From: Octopus sinensis
Taxonomy: Eukaryota
DNA length: 64,000 bases
NCBI RefSeq assembly: GCF_006345805.1
Contig: NC_043001.1
Span: 73,904,001 to 73,968,000, forward strand
Reading direction: 5' to 3'
The notes under the pieces are model-generated. The model ran no database searches, was not told where the DNA came from, and saw only the letters and a program-made list of their open reading frames with translations. Both the position numbers and the translations under genes were made by a program. Position 1 is the stretch's first letter; each line of letters opens with the position of its first letter. Positions 39,387-50,689 of this stretch are shown here, in pieces.

Positions 39387-39655
39387 TCTTATTATAAAAG
39401 CAGATTTTATCTGCCTCCCTTTGGGAGTTATACAAATCTACAATATAGGATTTCTTCAATTACAATTTACCTAGCAGTTTTAAGAGTACAATGCATCGCG
39501 TCATGCTAGGTCCAGTTTTTAAAATTTAAACTCCAATTAAGCAAAATTTACAGAAAACTCACATTCTGGTGTGTGTGTCAAATGCTTTTCTTAGTCTGGT
39601 TTACACCACACGCAAACGCACACACACAGTGGGCAACGAATAAAATGAAAGTAAA
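39387..39655 (+). mobile_element. Helitron-like element B, 5' part (copy 2), abutting Helitron A
   Basis: TCTTATTATAAAAGCAG starts at the base right after the CTAG of Helitron A and is near-identical to 37445-37712. Confidence 0.55.
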
Positions 39656-39836
39656 TGTAATATTTGTTTCTGTCTATCACGCTGATAGATACATGAGTAA
39701 AATGTATGGGAAGCTAACAGATAACAGTGAGTGAAAATGTTCTTGGAAGAGAGTAAATTAGCGACAGTGATTTGAGGAAGACTAAACTGAAACTATGAAA
39801 CAGTGTTTATGTATAAACAGACGACACTTATATAAA

Positions 39837-40165
39837 CCCTTTCGTTACCAAACCGCCCGAATTTACCTATTTACCTATTCATATTTAAATGAGAATATCA
39901 GAGTAAATCTCTTTAGTACATTCGTGAAAACACGTATTATACTTCGTAAACACTTCAAATACAGTTTTGTACAAAAATCGAAGTGTAATTTTAATTCCGT
40001 GAATTATGGGAGATTTTTTTCCGAAATTTGTTCCTATTGTGTTTTCAAAATTTGTAATTCTGACAAAAAATGGATACGAATTTCATTATATCAAGCAGCG
40101 AGTCAGAATTCGAAGGATTTTCTACTGAAGACCTTCATAAATCTAACTCTATGACTGAAAAAAAA
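39837..40165 (+). mobile_element. piggyBac left end with the start of the transposase
   Basis: CCCTTTCGTTACCAAACCGCCCG is homologous to the left end at 41561. The ORF at 40070 starts MDTNFIISSSESEFEGFSTEDL, an acidic SDSEFEGF-type N-terminus typical of piggyBac transposases. Confidence 0.6.
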
Positions 40166-40170
40166 AAGCA

Positions 40171-40328
40171 TCTTTATATAAGAGTGAAGTTGTGTGTCTG
40201 TCCCCTTCGATTTACATTCGTAATTACTCCCACATTTTGCGGTGCAGTTTAACCAAAAGTGGGTATCTTATAGTCGTGATTCATATCGAGCCCTTCTGGG
40301 TAGCGCGCGTCTACGATGAGTCTACGAT
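40171..40328 (+). mobile_element. Helitron family A, 5' fragment
   Basis: A|TCTTTATATAAGAGTGAAGTTGTGTGTCTG...ctcccacattttgcggtgcagtttaacc...gcgcgtctacgatgagtctacgat matches 38993-39150. Confidence 0.72.
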
Positions 40329-40334
40329 ATATAC

Positions 40335-40415
40335 ACTTTATTTAAAGCAGCAGAAAATTCAACAAAACCTGTTACTCTGAGTTTCCCGTTGCCGTTTATC
40401 AGACAGTTTTTTCTA
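40335..40415 (-). ncRNA. Second copy of the hammerhead-bearing repeat (degenerate)
   Basis: The minus strand reads AAAAACTGT-CTGATAA-ACG GCAA CGG-GAA-ACTC A GAGT-A-ACAGGTTTT. The core has G8A relative to CUGANGA. Confidence 0.6.
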
Positions 40416-40604
40416 GGCGGTACTGGCAGTGACCATGCTCAAAATGTGTTTTTTGCATGCCACCTGCACAGGAACCAGTCTGGCGGCACTGGCAACGACC
40501 ATTCTCGAATGTTGTTTTTCATGTGCCACCGGCACATATGCCAGTATGGCAGCGTTGGCAGTGACCACGCATATATGTGTGTGTGTGTGTATGTAAATAT
40601 AACC

Positions 40605-40705
40605 GAGTAACAAGTTTTGTTGAATTTCTGCTGCTTTTAAATAAAGCATATTACTCTACCCCTGGTATTTGAGTACTTTTTTTCCACCTTGTTTCACATT
40701 TATGT

Positions 40706-40710
<5 letters not shown>
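40605..40710 (+). repeat. 5'-truncated third copy of the hammerhead-bearing repeat
   Basis: gagtaacaagttttgttgaatttctgctgc...ctggtatttgagtac...ccaccttgtttcacatttatgtg matches 25310-25420. Confidence 0.75.
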
Positions 40711-40744
<34 letters not shown>

Positions 40745-40749
<5 letters not shown>

Positions 40750-40945
40750 AGAGTTTACGAAAAAAAAAAAGACAAAGATAGGTGGTGTACAAAACAAGCA
40801 GATGTATTAGTATAACGCTCAGGAATAGCAAAAGTCTTTTATGTTTCGAGCCTACGCTCTTCTACAGAAAGGGACACAGAAAACAAGGAGAAAAACAAGG
40901 AGAGAAAAAAAAAGTGTGTAGTGGCTAACAATCTATCATGGCGTC
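40745..40945 (-). repeat. (TA)n-flanked short repeat, possibly a Penelope-like terminal repeat, with a variant hammerhead-like fold
   Basis: The minus strand reads CTTT-CTGTAGA-A-GAGC GTAG GCTC-GAA-AC AT-A-AAAG at 40837-40871. Confidence 0.4.
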
Positions 40946-41497
40946 TATATATATATATATATATGTAAACCAGTTGGAATTATTTGATAATGAAAATTGT
41001 CTGATACAAAAACATATCACGGATATTGGGAATATATTTCTTTGATAAGTACTGAATGAAAGGCATTCCAGACATACATATACAGATTTAAGATTGGCAC
41101 ATATGACATTTATGACTGTTCACCTCAACTCCTGATTTACAATTTATTAATAACTAACATCATCATCATCACCACCACCACCATCATTGTAATCATCATC
41201 CTTTTCCTCCACTTCCTCTTCACTACCACAACCAGTACCTTCAACCTCATCTTCCTTCTTAACATACTTTAAACTACATTTTTTCTAGATTTCATACATT
41301 GAACAGCATATCTATAAGATAGTTTAAAATTGTTCTGTCTCTGTTTTAATTTTTCTAGTGTTATGTCTATGATTTTCTTTTCTGGAGTAATAATTATTTA
41401 CACACACACTTTGCTGATATTTTTTGTCAGGTTAAATTGAGGGACTTCGTCCCAAGACACATTGTGAAACTTATAACAGAGTTTTGTAGTAAAATAA

Positions 41498-42780
41498 CTC
41501 TTTTGATACCAACTCATCTGAGGCTGCCCTTGGTTCTGTGATACAAACTTTCTGTTTTAACCCTTTTGTTACCAAGCTGCCCAAAGCAAAATTTTGGTTA
41601 ACGTGACCAAACCGCCCAAACCCGCCCAAATTTACCTATTCATATTTAAATGAGAATATCAGAGCAAATCTCTTCAGTACATTCGTAAACAGTTCATCTA
41701 CAGTTTTGTACAACGATCGACGTGTAATTTTAATTCCCTGAATTTTGGGAGATTTTTTTCCACATTTTTTTCGGCATCGATTTTTCTTCAACTTTGAAAA
41801 TGGATAGGAGTTTCATGTTATCAAGCATTGATTCCGAATTGGAAAATTTGTGAAGCAAATACTGGGTACTGTTGTGGATTTAGCTTTTATACAGGGAAAC
41901 TAATGTTAGTCAGCATGGCTTAGGGTATGATGTGGTCTGGAAGTTATTGTTTGAAGCGATCAATGCGGAAACAAACTTACGCAGAATGTAAACAAACACA
42001 AAATGGGGGTTCAAATTTCGGAAAATTTGTGAAGCAAATACTGGGTACTGCGTGGATTTAGTTTTTATACAGGGAAAATAATGTTAGTCAGCATGGCCTA
42101 GGGAATGATGTGGTCTGGAATTTATCACTTCCATACCATAACCAAGGCCGTATATTATTTTTTGACCGATTTCTTTAGTTCGGTCAAACTTACGGTGGAT
42201 TCCAGTATTTCACTTTATTCCACCTTTATGGTACACCTGTTGTGCATTAAATTCAACTGATGATATAGTGATGTGCACAATTCTTCTTTATCAAAATTTT
42301 GTTGCATACCGATTTGAATATTAGCTGATGATTCATTTTCTTTGGTGATGTTTAAACAAAATTTTAATATTTTTACCTTTTGCTCAATTTAAAATTTTAA
42401 TATTTTTACCTTTTGCTCAATTTACCTGGATTTACCTGTAATTAAAGTCACTTTGAGACAAAAGTTATGTAATAGAATTGATTAAGAACCCTTTCTTTAA
42501 TTATGTTCCAAATATCACATTAAAATGTTGATAAGTAAAAAAGTTACAGTTATTTAATGAAACAAGCCTAGATTCATGATTATTTTAGAATTTAATTGAA
42601 ACTCATGAGGGGTGTATTTTGGTCAGAAATATAGTAACGAAAGGGTTAAAGTGATCCAGTCTGAAACTTTCCTTGAAAATTTCATGCTTATTCATGTTTC
42701 AAACAATAGCTTAATAATGACAAAGTTATTTCACTAAATTCTTCGTTATTTTCAAAATTAATTGAAACAAAGACAGTGTA
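41498..42780 (+). mobile_element. piggyBac-like MITE family 1, split by the 41561-42645 insertion
   Basis: Joining the flanks (ttttgataccaactcatctgaggctgcc...ctgttttaa + agtgatccagtc...cagcttaataatgacaaag...aattaattgaaac) restores the 53898-54119 element. Confidence 0.68.
41561..42645 (+). mobile_element. Internally deleted piggyBac transposon with TTAA target duplication
   Basis: TTAA|CCCTTTTGTTAC...GTAACGAAAGGG|TTAA. Internal transposase relics (NTGY.GF.FYTGK.NVSQHGLGYDVVW occurs twice, then LSLPYHNQGRILFFDRF) resemble PGBD-type catalytic core segments. Confidence 0.82.
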
Positions 42781-42924
42781 ATATATATCATGACTCATAC
42801 GCTGTACTCTTTCCTGACACTTGTAAATAATTCTATGTACTATACATGAACCTTTGATAAGTTGTAGTTCACCTGAGCACTGTACACGATAATTTTGTTA
42901 TTGTTCATTATTATATTCTAAATT

Positions 42925-43135
42925 AGGTGGCAAGTTAGCAGAATCATTAGCATGCTGGGCGAAATGCTTAGTGATATTTTGTCTGCCACTACGTACTGAG
43001 TTCAAATTCCACCGAGGTTGACTTTGCCTTTCATCCTTTCAGAGTCAATGAAGTGAGTACCAGTTATACACTGGGGTTGATATAATTGACTAGCCCCCCC
43101 CCCAATTCAAAACCTTGTACCTAGAGTAGATATAA
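42925..43135 (+). mobile_element. SINE family C
   Basis: ggtggcaagttagcagaatcattagcatgctgggcgaaatgcttag...gagttcaaattccaccgaggttgactttgcctttcatcctttc...agtaccag; B-box-like gagttcaaattcc. Confidence 0.78.
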
Positions 43136-43404
43136 TTATTATATTCTTAATTACTATGAATGCAAAAATACATCTTTTCTTTTTATTTCATTCTTGATGA
43201 AAACTCGGAACACAAATATGATTCTGTTTGCCTTTGTTCCAAATATTATCAGAATTTTGTTTTGTTTTTGCTACATTCTTTATTTCTAAGGGAAATCTCA
43301 TTTCCTAGCAGTACATGAATCATGTTTTACTTTTCTTGATTTCATTATTCCTTGATTTTGAAAGCTTTTTTTTTAATGTCTACTTTTCTATGCTTGGAAA
43401 AGTG

Positions 43405-43740
43405 AATGAAGAGTTTATTGAGGCAGATTTTCCATGTCAGGATGTCCCTCCTGTTGCCTATCCTCATTTGTTCCCTACCAAAGTAATATATTCCCATGAG
43501 CAGAAATGGTTTCACAGAATATTAAATATGTTGGATATTGATTGCATGACAACACTCATTTACAATTATCACATGATGCCAAGACAAGGCTTCTTTCAGT
43601 TTTCGTCTCCTAAATCCATTCACAAGGCTTTGAGCAACCCGAGGCTATAGAAAAAAACACTTGCCAAAGGTGCCAAGGTGCTATGCAGTAGGACTGTTTA
43701 ACTTGGAACTATGTGGTTTTGCCCTAATAAGGAGAAGTTT
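43405..43740 (-). mobile_element. SINE family A (reverse)
   Basis: ttctttcagttttcgtctcctaaatccattcacaaggctttgagcaacccgaggctatag...acacttgccaaaggtgcc. Confidence 0.7.
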
Positions 43741-45288
43741 TTTCACCCTACCATGGAATGTTGTGAATGAAATTTATTCTGTTCATATTTTTTTAGACTT
43801 TTGTCTGATTACACTTCTACAGAGAGTAGATTATTCTCTACAATGTTCTGATGTTTATACTTTCTTTGTATCCTCTCAATGAGATTTTTGTAGTGGTAAC
43901 ATAGTCACTGCTATTTAGATCAGGCATTTGCTTCATGCCTCTGTTTGGTGTGAACTCTACCACTTTAATTGCCAGACTCAAAACTCATGCTACATTATGT
44001 AGTTTATACTTGAATACAGTTCTCTAAATTTACTAAGCCTTGCAATCATGAGAAAGTGGATGGTAAAATGGTGATGATAATGATATTTTGTGAGTGTTTC
44101 CTTATTTAGTTTGAGTGACCATCTCCTTTTTTTAAGAACACATCTCTGTATCTTATCTGTTATTCAAAAAAAGTTCTGGCTGATAGCAAGGAGACACACA
44201 CATGCAAGTGGCACTTCTTTATATTCACTTTCTACACTGTCAAGGTTGGATGTGTTAATACAGTTCAAGTCAGTCAGTTTGTTGTTTTTATGGTCCTCAT
44301 AAATGGGTTAGTGGATGTTCCTTTTTTTGGCATGGCACCCTAACACCAACCCTTTTCCAAAGTATTGTGTACAGTTTCTTATGGTAATAGAGAAGCACCA
44401 GAGAAGAGAGAGAGAGATTTTGTGTATGTGTCCTTGAATTTCCTCTCTTGAGAGGGAGATCTTTAGTCTTTGTTAAGCTTACTTTGAGGCTCTTAATAGT
44501 CAGTTTTGCTTTCATGCCTGTAGTTTCTTCTCAGTCTTCTTAAGTGCAACAATTATTTTTTTTTCATGGAACCAATGTGATTAGACACTTGAAGGTACAC
44601 ACACCAAATATTAAACCACATGCAATTTATAAATGTTATTCACAATATTATTTCATCGTCGTTTAACAAGGTTAACGGCGACATGTCTCACGTATCAGTA
44701 CGTGATAACCCGATTCATCATTAAATTTATTGGCTATAAAGATTAAGTAATTTTCAATTTTTAATATATAAACATGGACAGCAATTTTAACACTAATGGG
44801 TGGGTGCAGTTACTTATACAAATTTAATAGAGACTCAGGCTCTCTTTGCAAAAAGCTGCCCATTATAGACTTTTTGCATTGTTTTCTTTTTGTTTTCCAT
44901 TTAAAATAAAAAGACAATCTAAGTTTTATTTGGTCATTTTCTCACTCGGTTAAATTAATCCAGTATGTTAAATTTTGTTGTTGGAGGTAACTTCCCTTGA
45001 ATTTGTAAGTGGATATACACTGAAGTAACACATTTAAATAGGATCAACATACTGTGTGTGTGTGTGTGTGTGTAATCTGTGTCATGATGTGTTTTCCACT
45101 TCATTATATGTAAATTTTGGGCCAAACTGACTGAGAGAGAGATGAGGGCAAGGACACAATCAAGGGATAAATAGGAGTCTATTGTGACCAGTGATGTATG
45201 AGGATATCTAAGAGTCAGGTCAATAGAGTGATATCTGTCTCTATGTTTGTCCCTCTATATCTGTTTGTCTATTCCCCCCCTCTCTCTC

Positions 45289-45327
<39 letters not shown>

Positions 45328-46079
45328 GTCTGTCTATCCTTCTGTATCTATCTATCCCTCTATAACTGTCTGTCTATCTGTCTATTTATCTATGTATCTG
45401 TCTATTTATCTTTCTTTTTTTTTTCTTTCTTTTTGTTTTTCATTTATACAACTCTACTGCAGAATATAAATCATTTGATTGATTTTAAGTTGAAAAACCT
45501 GCTTAAAACTTAATTCTGTGTTTGGTGTGTTGAAGTGGTTTGTTGTGGTTGTGCAAGCTGTTTAATTTTTATTTACAAATACTTCATTTAGGTCAGAGGC
45601 ATGAATAACATAGAGCATAGATATCATTTATGCCTGGCATAATTTATTGTACTTGTAATTTCTAAACAAAATTTTTCAAACAGTTTTTAGCTGAGATGTC
45701 AAAGTGACTGACTTCAAAGGTTGTTTGCTTCCCCATTTTCACATATGTGTTCACTCACTCTCACAAACACATTTGCATGTGCACATACACCTTCACAAGT
45801 ACAGGCACACACCCACAAAATAAAAAGTACACGATGTGAATATTTTTTACTTATTAGAATATTTGAGTTGACTGAGTTCTGTCTACATTGCCAAAAATAT
45901 ACATATAGATCTCTATTTTGGTATGAAGAGATGTAGATTGTCAAGTTCATAATATACAAATTGGGGGTATATGTATTTGTGCATGTGCTTACATATATTA
46001 GTGTGCATATTGTAAAGCCAAAACAATCTAAATTTCTTAATGCTAAAATAGAAGTCTGTATGTACCCTATATGAAAACA

Positions 46080-46480
46080 CGGGCATGGCCGTATGGTTAA
46101 GAAGCTCATTTTTGCAACCGCATAGTTTTGAGTTCAGTCCCACTGTGCAGCATGTCAGATAAGTGTCTTAGACTATCACCTTGGACTGATCAAATCCTTG
46201 TAAGTTTGTTGATCAGAAACTGAAAAGAAGCCCATATATTCGTGTGCATGTGGGTTCTTGTCTTGCCAGCGCACTCTGATTGTCAACAAGCATTACTGTC
46301 CTACAAGTGGTGTAGCGTCTTTGCTTTTTTCTGTGGAAATACATCCAGACAAACGCAAAATATTACCTTTCTTGGAAACAGATGAAAGCTAATGACAGGA
46401 AGAGTGTTTGGCCATAGAAAATCTGCCTCAAAGAACTTTATCTGAACCATGCGAACATTGGGAAGTATACATTAAACAAG
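46080..46480 (+). mobile_element. SINE family A
   Basis: gggcatggccgtatggttaagaagc...gagttcagtcccactg...gaaactgaaaagaagccc...gccatagaaaatctgcctc. Confidence 0.7.
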
Positions 46481-47204
46481 GATTGTATGTGTGTGTAATC
46501 TTAAGCTCAATACATTGATGGTAGGTATGTTTGAAAATTTGTTTGAAGCATTGCGATATATGAGCGAAATAGCAAATTTTGATAAAACCTTATAGCAATG
46601 CAAGTGAGAAAGAAAACAAAACAAAATAGAATATGGCATACCAATAAATATGTACAAAATGTGTAATAAAGCAGAGCTGTTGAGTGTAGAAAGATGAAAG
46701 GTTTGTGGTGTGTGATGTTATAGTGCAACCAAATATGTTTATCAAGGCAAGCTGGTAGGTCTAGAATTTCTTTTGTACTGCTAGGCAGCAATAGCTGTAG
46801 AATGAGGCCACAACTTGCATGGAAATCAATTTTTACTCATTAGGAACACAAAAATACACTGTCTGTTACGTCTTTTTTTTTTTACAGTAATTGCTAATTG
46901 GTTAGTGAAAATTGCGATGACATTGATAGCAGTAGGTACCATCAGCTTTACTCTGCAATTTGGATTGTTATTCAAGAGGCAAGGCTGATGGATTGGCAGA
47001 ATGATTAGAGAGTTGGTGCCTGGTGGTATTTGTGCTGACTATGTTGAGATTTCAAACCTCTCTGATGTCAGCTTTGTTTTCCTTCTTTCAGGGTCAATAA
47101 AATAAAGTATTAATCAAACATTGGGGGAAATTAATGTAATCAACTAACTCTCCCCCTCAAAATTTCCAGCTTTGCATCCAAATCAGAAACAATTATTCAG
47201 AAGT

Positions 47205-47575
47205 TGTAGGTGTGGCCCTGCAGTTAAGTAGTTCACTTTCCAGCCATATGGTTTGAAGTTGAGTCCCACTGCATAGCACATTGGATAAATGTCTCCTACC
47301 ACTATAGCCCCAGTTAGCCAAAGCCTTGTGAGTGGATATGGTAGCTGGAAACTGAAAGAAGCCTGTTATATATATATATATCCTTGTCCAGATGTTACAG
47401 GATGGTCGCAAGTGTCACCATTATACAAGTAATGTCTTTTGTTTCCAGTCTTCCACATAAATATGTCTGACTTGGAAATTGGTGAGGGTTGGCAACAAGA
47501 AGAGCATCTGCCTCCGTGAGTTCCATCTGAGCCTTGAAAGCATGGAAAAATGGATGTTATAATGATAACAATGAT
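47205..47575 (+). mobile_element. SINE family A
   Basis: gtaggtgtggccctgcagttaag...gagtcccactgcatagc...caaagccttgtgagtggatatggtagctggaaactgaaagaagcc. Confidence 0.7.
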
Positions 47576-48004
47576 GACAAGCCTGCATGAGGAGGGTACT
47601 CCTAAGAAAATGTTAGATTTAGATTACAAGATACTGTGAATAAGTAAAGTTTGGTTTTTACTTATGTCAGTTCTATTTACTACTTCATCATTTATTCTCT
47701 TATTGGTGCTGGACATTCACATACCTCAGAAATATTATTTTCAACATCTTGTTATATGGGTATAAGTGATTGCAATTGGAATTTGCTACATCATCTCCAG
47801 TCTGAAGGCTCCTGGCAGAAATAGCAATTGCTGTATCATTTGCTTGCTTCCTCTACTAGCTTCCTTCAACCCCTGTCAGAAATATTTCAGCACAAATGGG
47901 GTGGGGAGCCCAGCTCTTGTTTGATGATCTTCAGTCTTGGAATAGTTATAAGTTTGGCTGTGTTTAGCATGTTTGTTTTATTCCAAATAGTTACATCATC
48001 ATTG

Positions 48005-48780
48005 TTTTAATGTCTACTTTTTCATGCTCGCATGGGTCTGATGGAATTTGTTAAGGCAGATTTTCTATGTCTGTTTCCAATGTAAAATAATTTTTTCCCC
48101 ATGGCTGGGCATGTTTTCATGGAAGATTGGAAATGGACACAGCTTGTATGATGGTGACACTCATTTACAACAATCATGCTATGTCAAGACAAGAAGACAC
48201 CAACCCACAAATACACAAACATATACATATATACATAACAGGCCTCTTTCAGTTTCCATCTACTAAATCTACTCACAAGGCTTTGGGCAGCCCTGAACTG
48301 TAATGGAAGATACTTAACCCAAGGTGCCATTTTCTGATCTTTCACCAATTCTTTTTTTCCTACGTCATATCTTTTCTCTTAAATTAGTTGTTTCAGTAAC
48401 TAGACTGCGGCCATGCCAGGGCACTGTTTTGAAGAATTTTAGTCGCACTTATCAACTGCATTATTTAAAATAACATTTTTTTTTGTAAAGCATGGTACCT
48501 ATTCTATCAATGTCTTTTTGCCGAACTGCTATGTTACAGGAATGTAAAGATATGGACACCAGTTGTCAAGCAGTGGTGGGAGATAAACATATACACAAAG
48601 ACACACATGCACACACACACACAAGCTTCTTTCAATTTCTGTCTACCAAATTCACTTACAAGGCTTTGGCTAACTGGGGCTATGGTAGCAGAAGACAATT
48701 TCTCAAGGTGCCACTCAGTGGGGCTGAACCCAGTACTATATAAGAGGGGAGCAGACTTCTTACTATACAGCCATGCCTGT
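48005..48780 (-). mobile_element. Two consecutive reverse SINE family A copies (about 48005-48330 and 48385-48780)
   Basis: Each has ...ctaNNaaatNNactNacaaggctttgg..., the reverse complement of the family A body. Confidence 0.68.
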
Positions 48781-49209
48781 GGGTATGTGGATATTCTTTT
48801 TTTTTTCTCCTGTGAATCATTCCTTGGATTTGCTACTTTTTATAGAAGTCTGACATATTTATAAAGATTCTGACCTCTACCCATGAACTTTTGTCTTACC
48901 TGTTCAAATATTTTCTAATTATTTTTAATGTTCTTTGGAGAATTAGATTATTATCCTGCTAACAATGACTGATATACTTTTAAATTGTTCATGATTATTT
49001 TAATTTGTATTTCATAATTTTCTTTTATTGAGGATTTTTTGGAAATCAAATAAATTAAATAAGATTCATTTTTAATAGTGACTTCATTGGATTTATTTCA
49101 CAATTTTTTTTTAAATACCAAATTCTTCAACTGCAAAATAAGTTAGTGATTCTGGTTTAAATTGTCATTATTATTGTGGGTGGATTTGGTCAACAGAAAC
49201 TGAAAGAAG

Positions 49210-49650
49210 TTAGGCACAGGTGTAGCTGTATAGTAAGAAGTTTGCTTTTCTGCCACATGATTTTGGATTTAATCATACTGTGTAGCAGCACCTCATACAA
49301 TTGTCCTCTACTATAGCCCTGGGACAGCCAAAGGCTTGTGAGCAGATTTGGTAGGTGGAAACTGAAAGGAGTCTGTCATACACACAAACAGACACGTGTG
49401 TGTGCATGTTACTGTCTCCTTGCCTTTACATTGTGTAATAACTGTAAGCAAGTGTCTCAGACATAAAAGCAGTGCAATTCATTTCCAATCTTCTGTAAAA
49501 ATATGTCTGGTCATGGGGAAATATTGTCTTTCTAAGAAACAGGTGAAGGTTGACAACAAGAAGGGCAACCTGCTATAGAAAAATTAGCCTCAACAAATTC
49601 TGTTCAACCCATGCCAGCATGGAAAAGTGGATGTTAAAACAATGATGATG
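49210..49650 (+). mobile_element. SINE family A
   Basis: ggcacaggtgtagctgtatagtaagaagtttgc...ctactatagccct...aaggcttgtgagcagatttggtaggtggaaactgaaagg...aacccatgccagcatggaaaagtgg. Confidence 0.7.
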
Positions 49651-50689
49651 ATGATGATTCAAGGCAGTACACTGGCAAAATTATTACTGCACCAGCCAAA
49701 ATGCTTAACAGTATTTGTCTTCACTCTTTACATTCTGAGTTCAAATGCTGACAGGATCAGTTTTACTTTTCATCCTTTTCAGGTTAATAAAATATGTACC
49801 AGTCAAGTACTGAGGTTAATGTAATCGACTTCCTCCTGCTCTCAAAATTACTGGCTTTTTGCCAAAATGAGAAAAAAAAAAAATCATTATTATTTCAAGA
49901 TATTGCCTACCAACATAATATTTTCTTCCACTTCCCACTGCTGCTATCAATAGTGGTACCGTAGAACTAGAGCAGTGAATTGATTGAGGCTTTAGAACAT
50001 CGAACAAAATGTCTTGTATTTGTTCTTAGTCTTTCCTCTCTCTGAGTTCAGATCCCACCAAGGTCAACTCTGTCTTTCATCCTTTCATTGTCAATAAAAA
50101 TGGTACTAATTTAGAGGAGTTGATTGGTTCAAATTGTTCTATAGCTTACTGGGATGGTTGGCTTAATTCATCACTATCTGGCACAACATCACCATCTGGT
50201 ACTTTTGGTATTTTGGGGAGAGTCCACTCTTTTATGAGCATTCAGGGCAACTCTCCACTTAGATGATACCTTTTTCTTTTAGAGACCCTGTGAAGGGTCA
50301 TGGGTATATCTGAATAAAAAAGAAAAAAGAAAAAAAGCACATAAAAATTGCTAATGAAATTAGAATTGAAGCAACTTAAATGCTTTATTATATACTGATT
50401 CTTTCTGAACATTTCTCATTGATAATTATTTTGATAAACCCTGATGTAAATATCATTTTTTTCAAAAAGACCCCTGCTAAACACCACTCTCAACCCTCCT
50501 CTACTTTACCATTGCATATACAGTCTTCAAATTGTAAAAATATTTATGATTATTTCAGACCAACTAAACAACTTGCTTGTGATGGTGTTCCTTTCATTCT
50601 TTCTAAGTAGTTTATTCAAGGGCTATTGCTTGTCCTCAGTAAACTCTTCAAGTGTCTTCTCTTTCTCTCTTTGTGATTATAGTCACATG

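Noticed and set aside
44671-44720. aag|GTTAACGGC resembling the VNG start of the PDZ exon
   Set aside because: It continues DMSHVSVRDNPIHH* with no match to VNGTLV...EVVKLIK and no suitable donor.
47725-47875. Minus-strand donor-like ctgag|gtatgt with an upstream AG
   Set aside because: Most frames stop, the one open frame is unrecognisable, and there are no supporting neighbouring exons.
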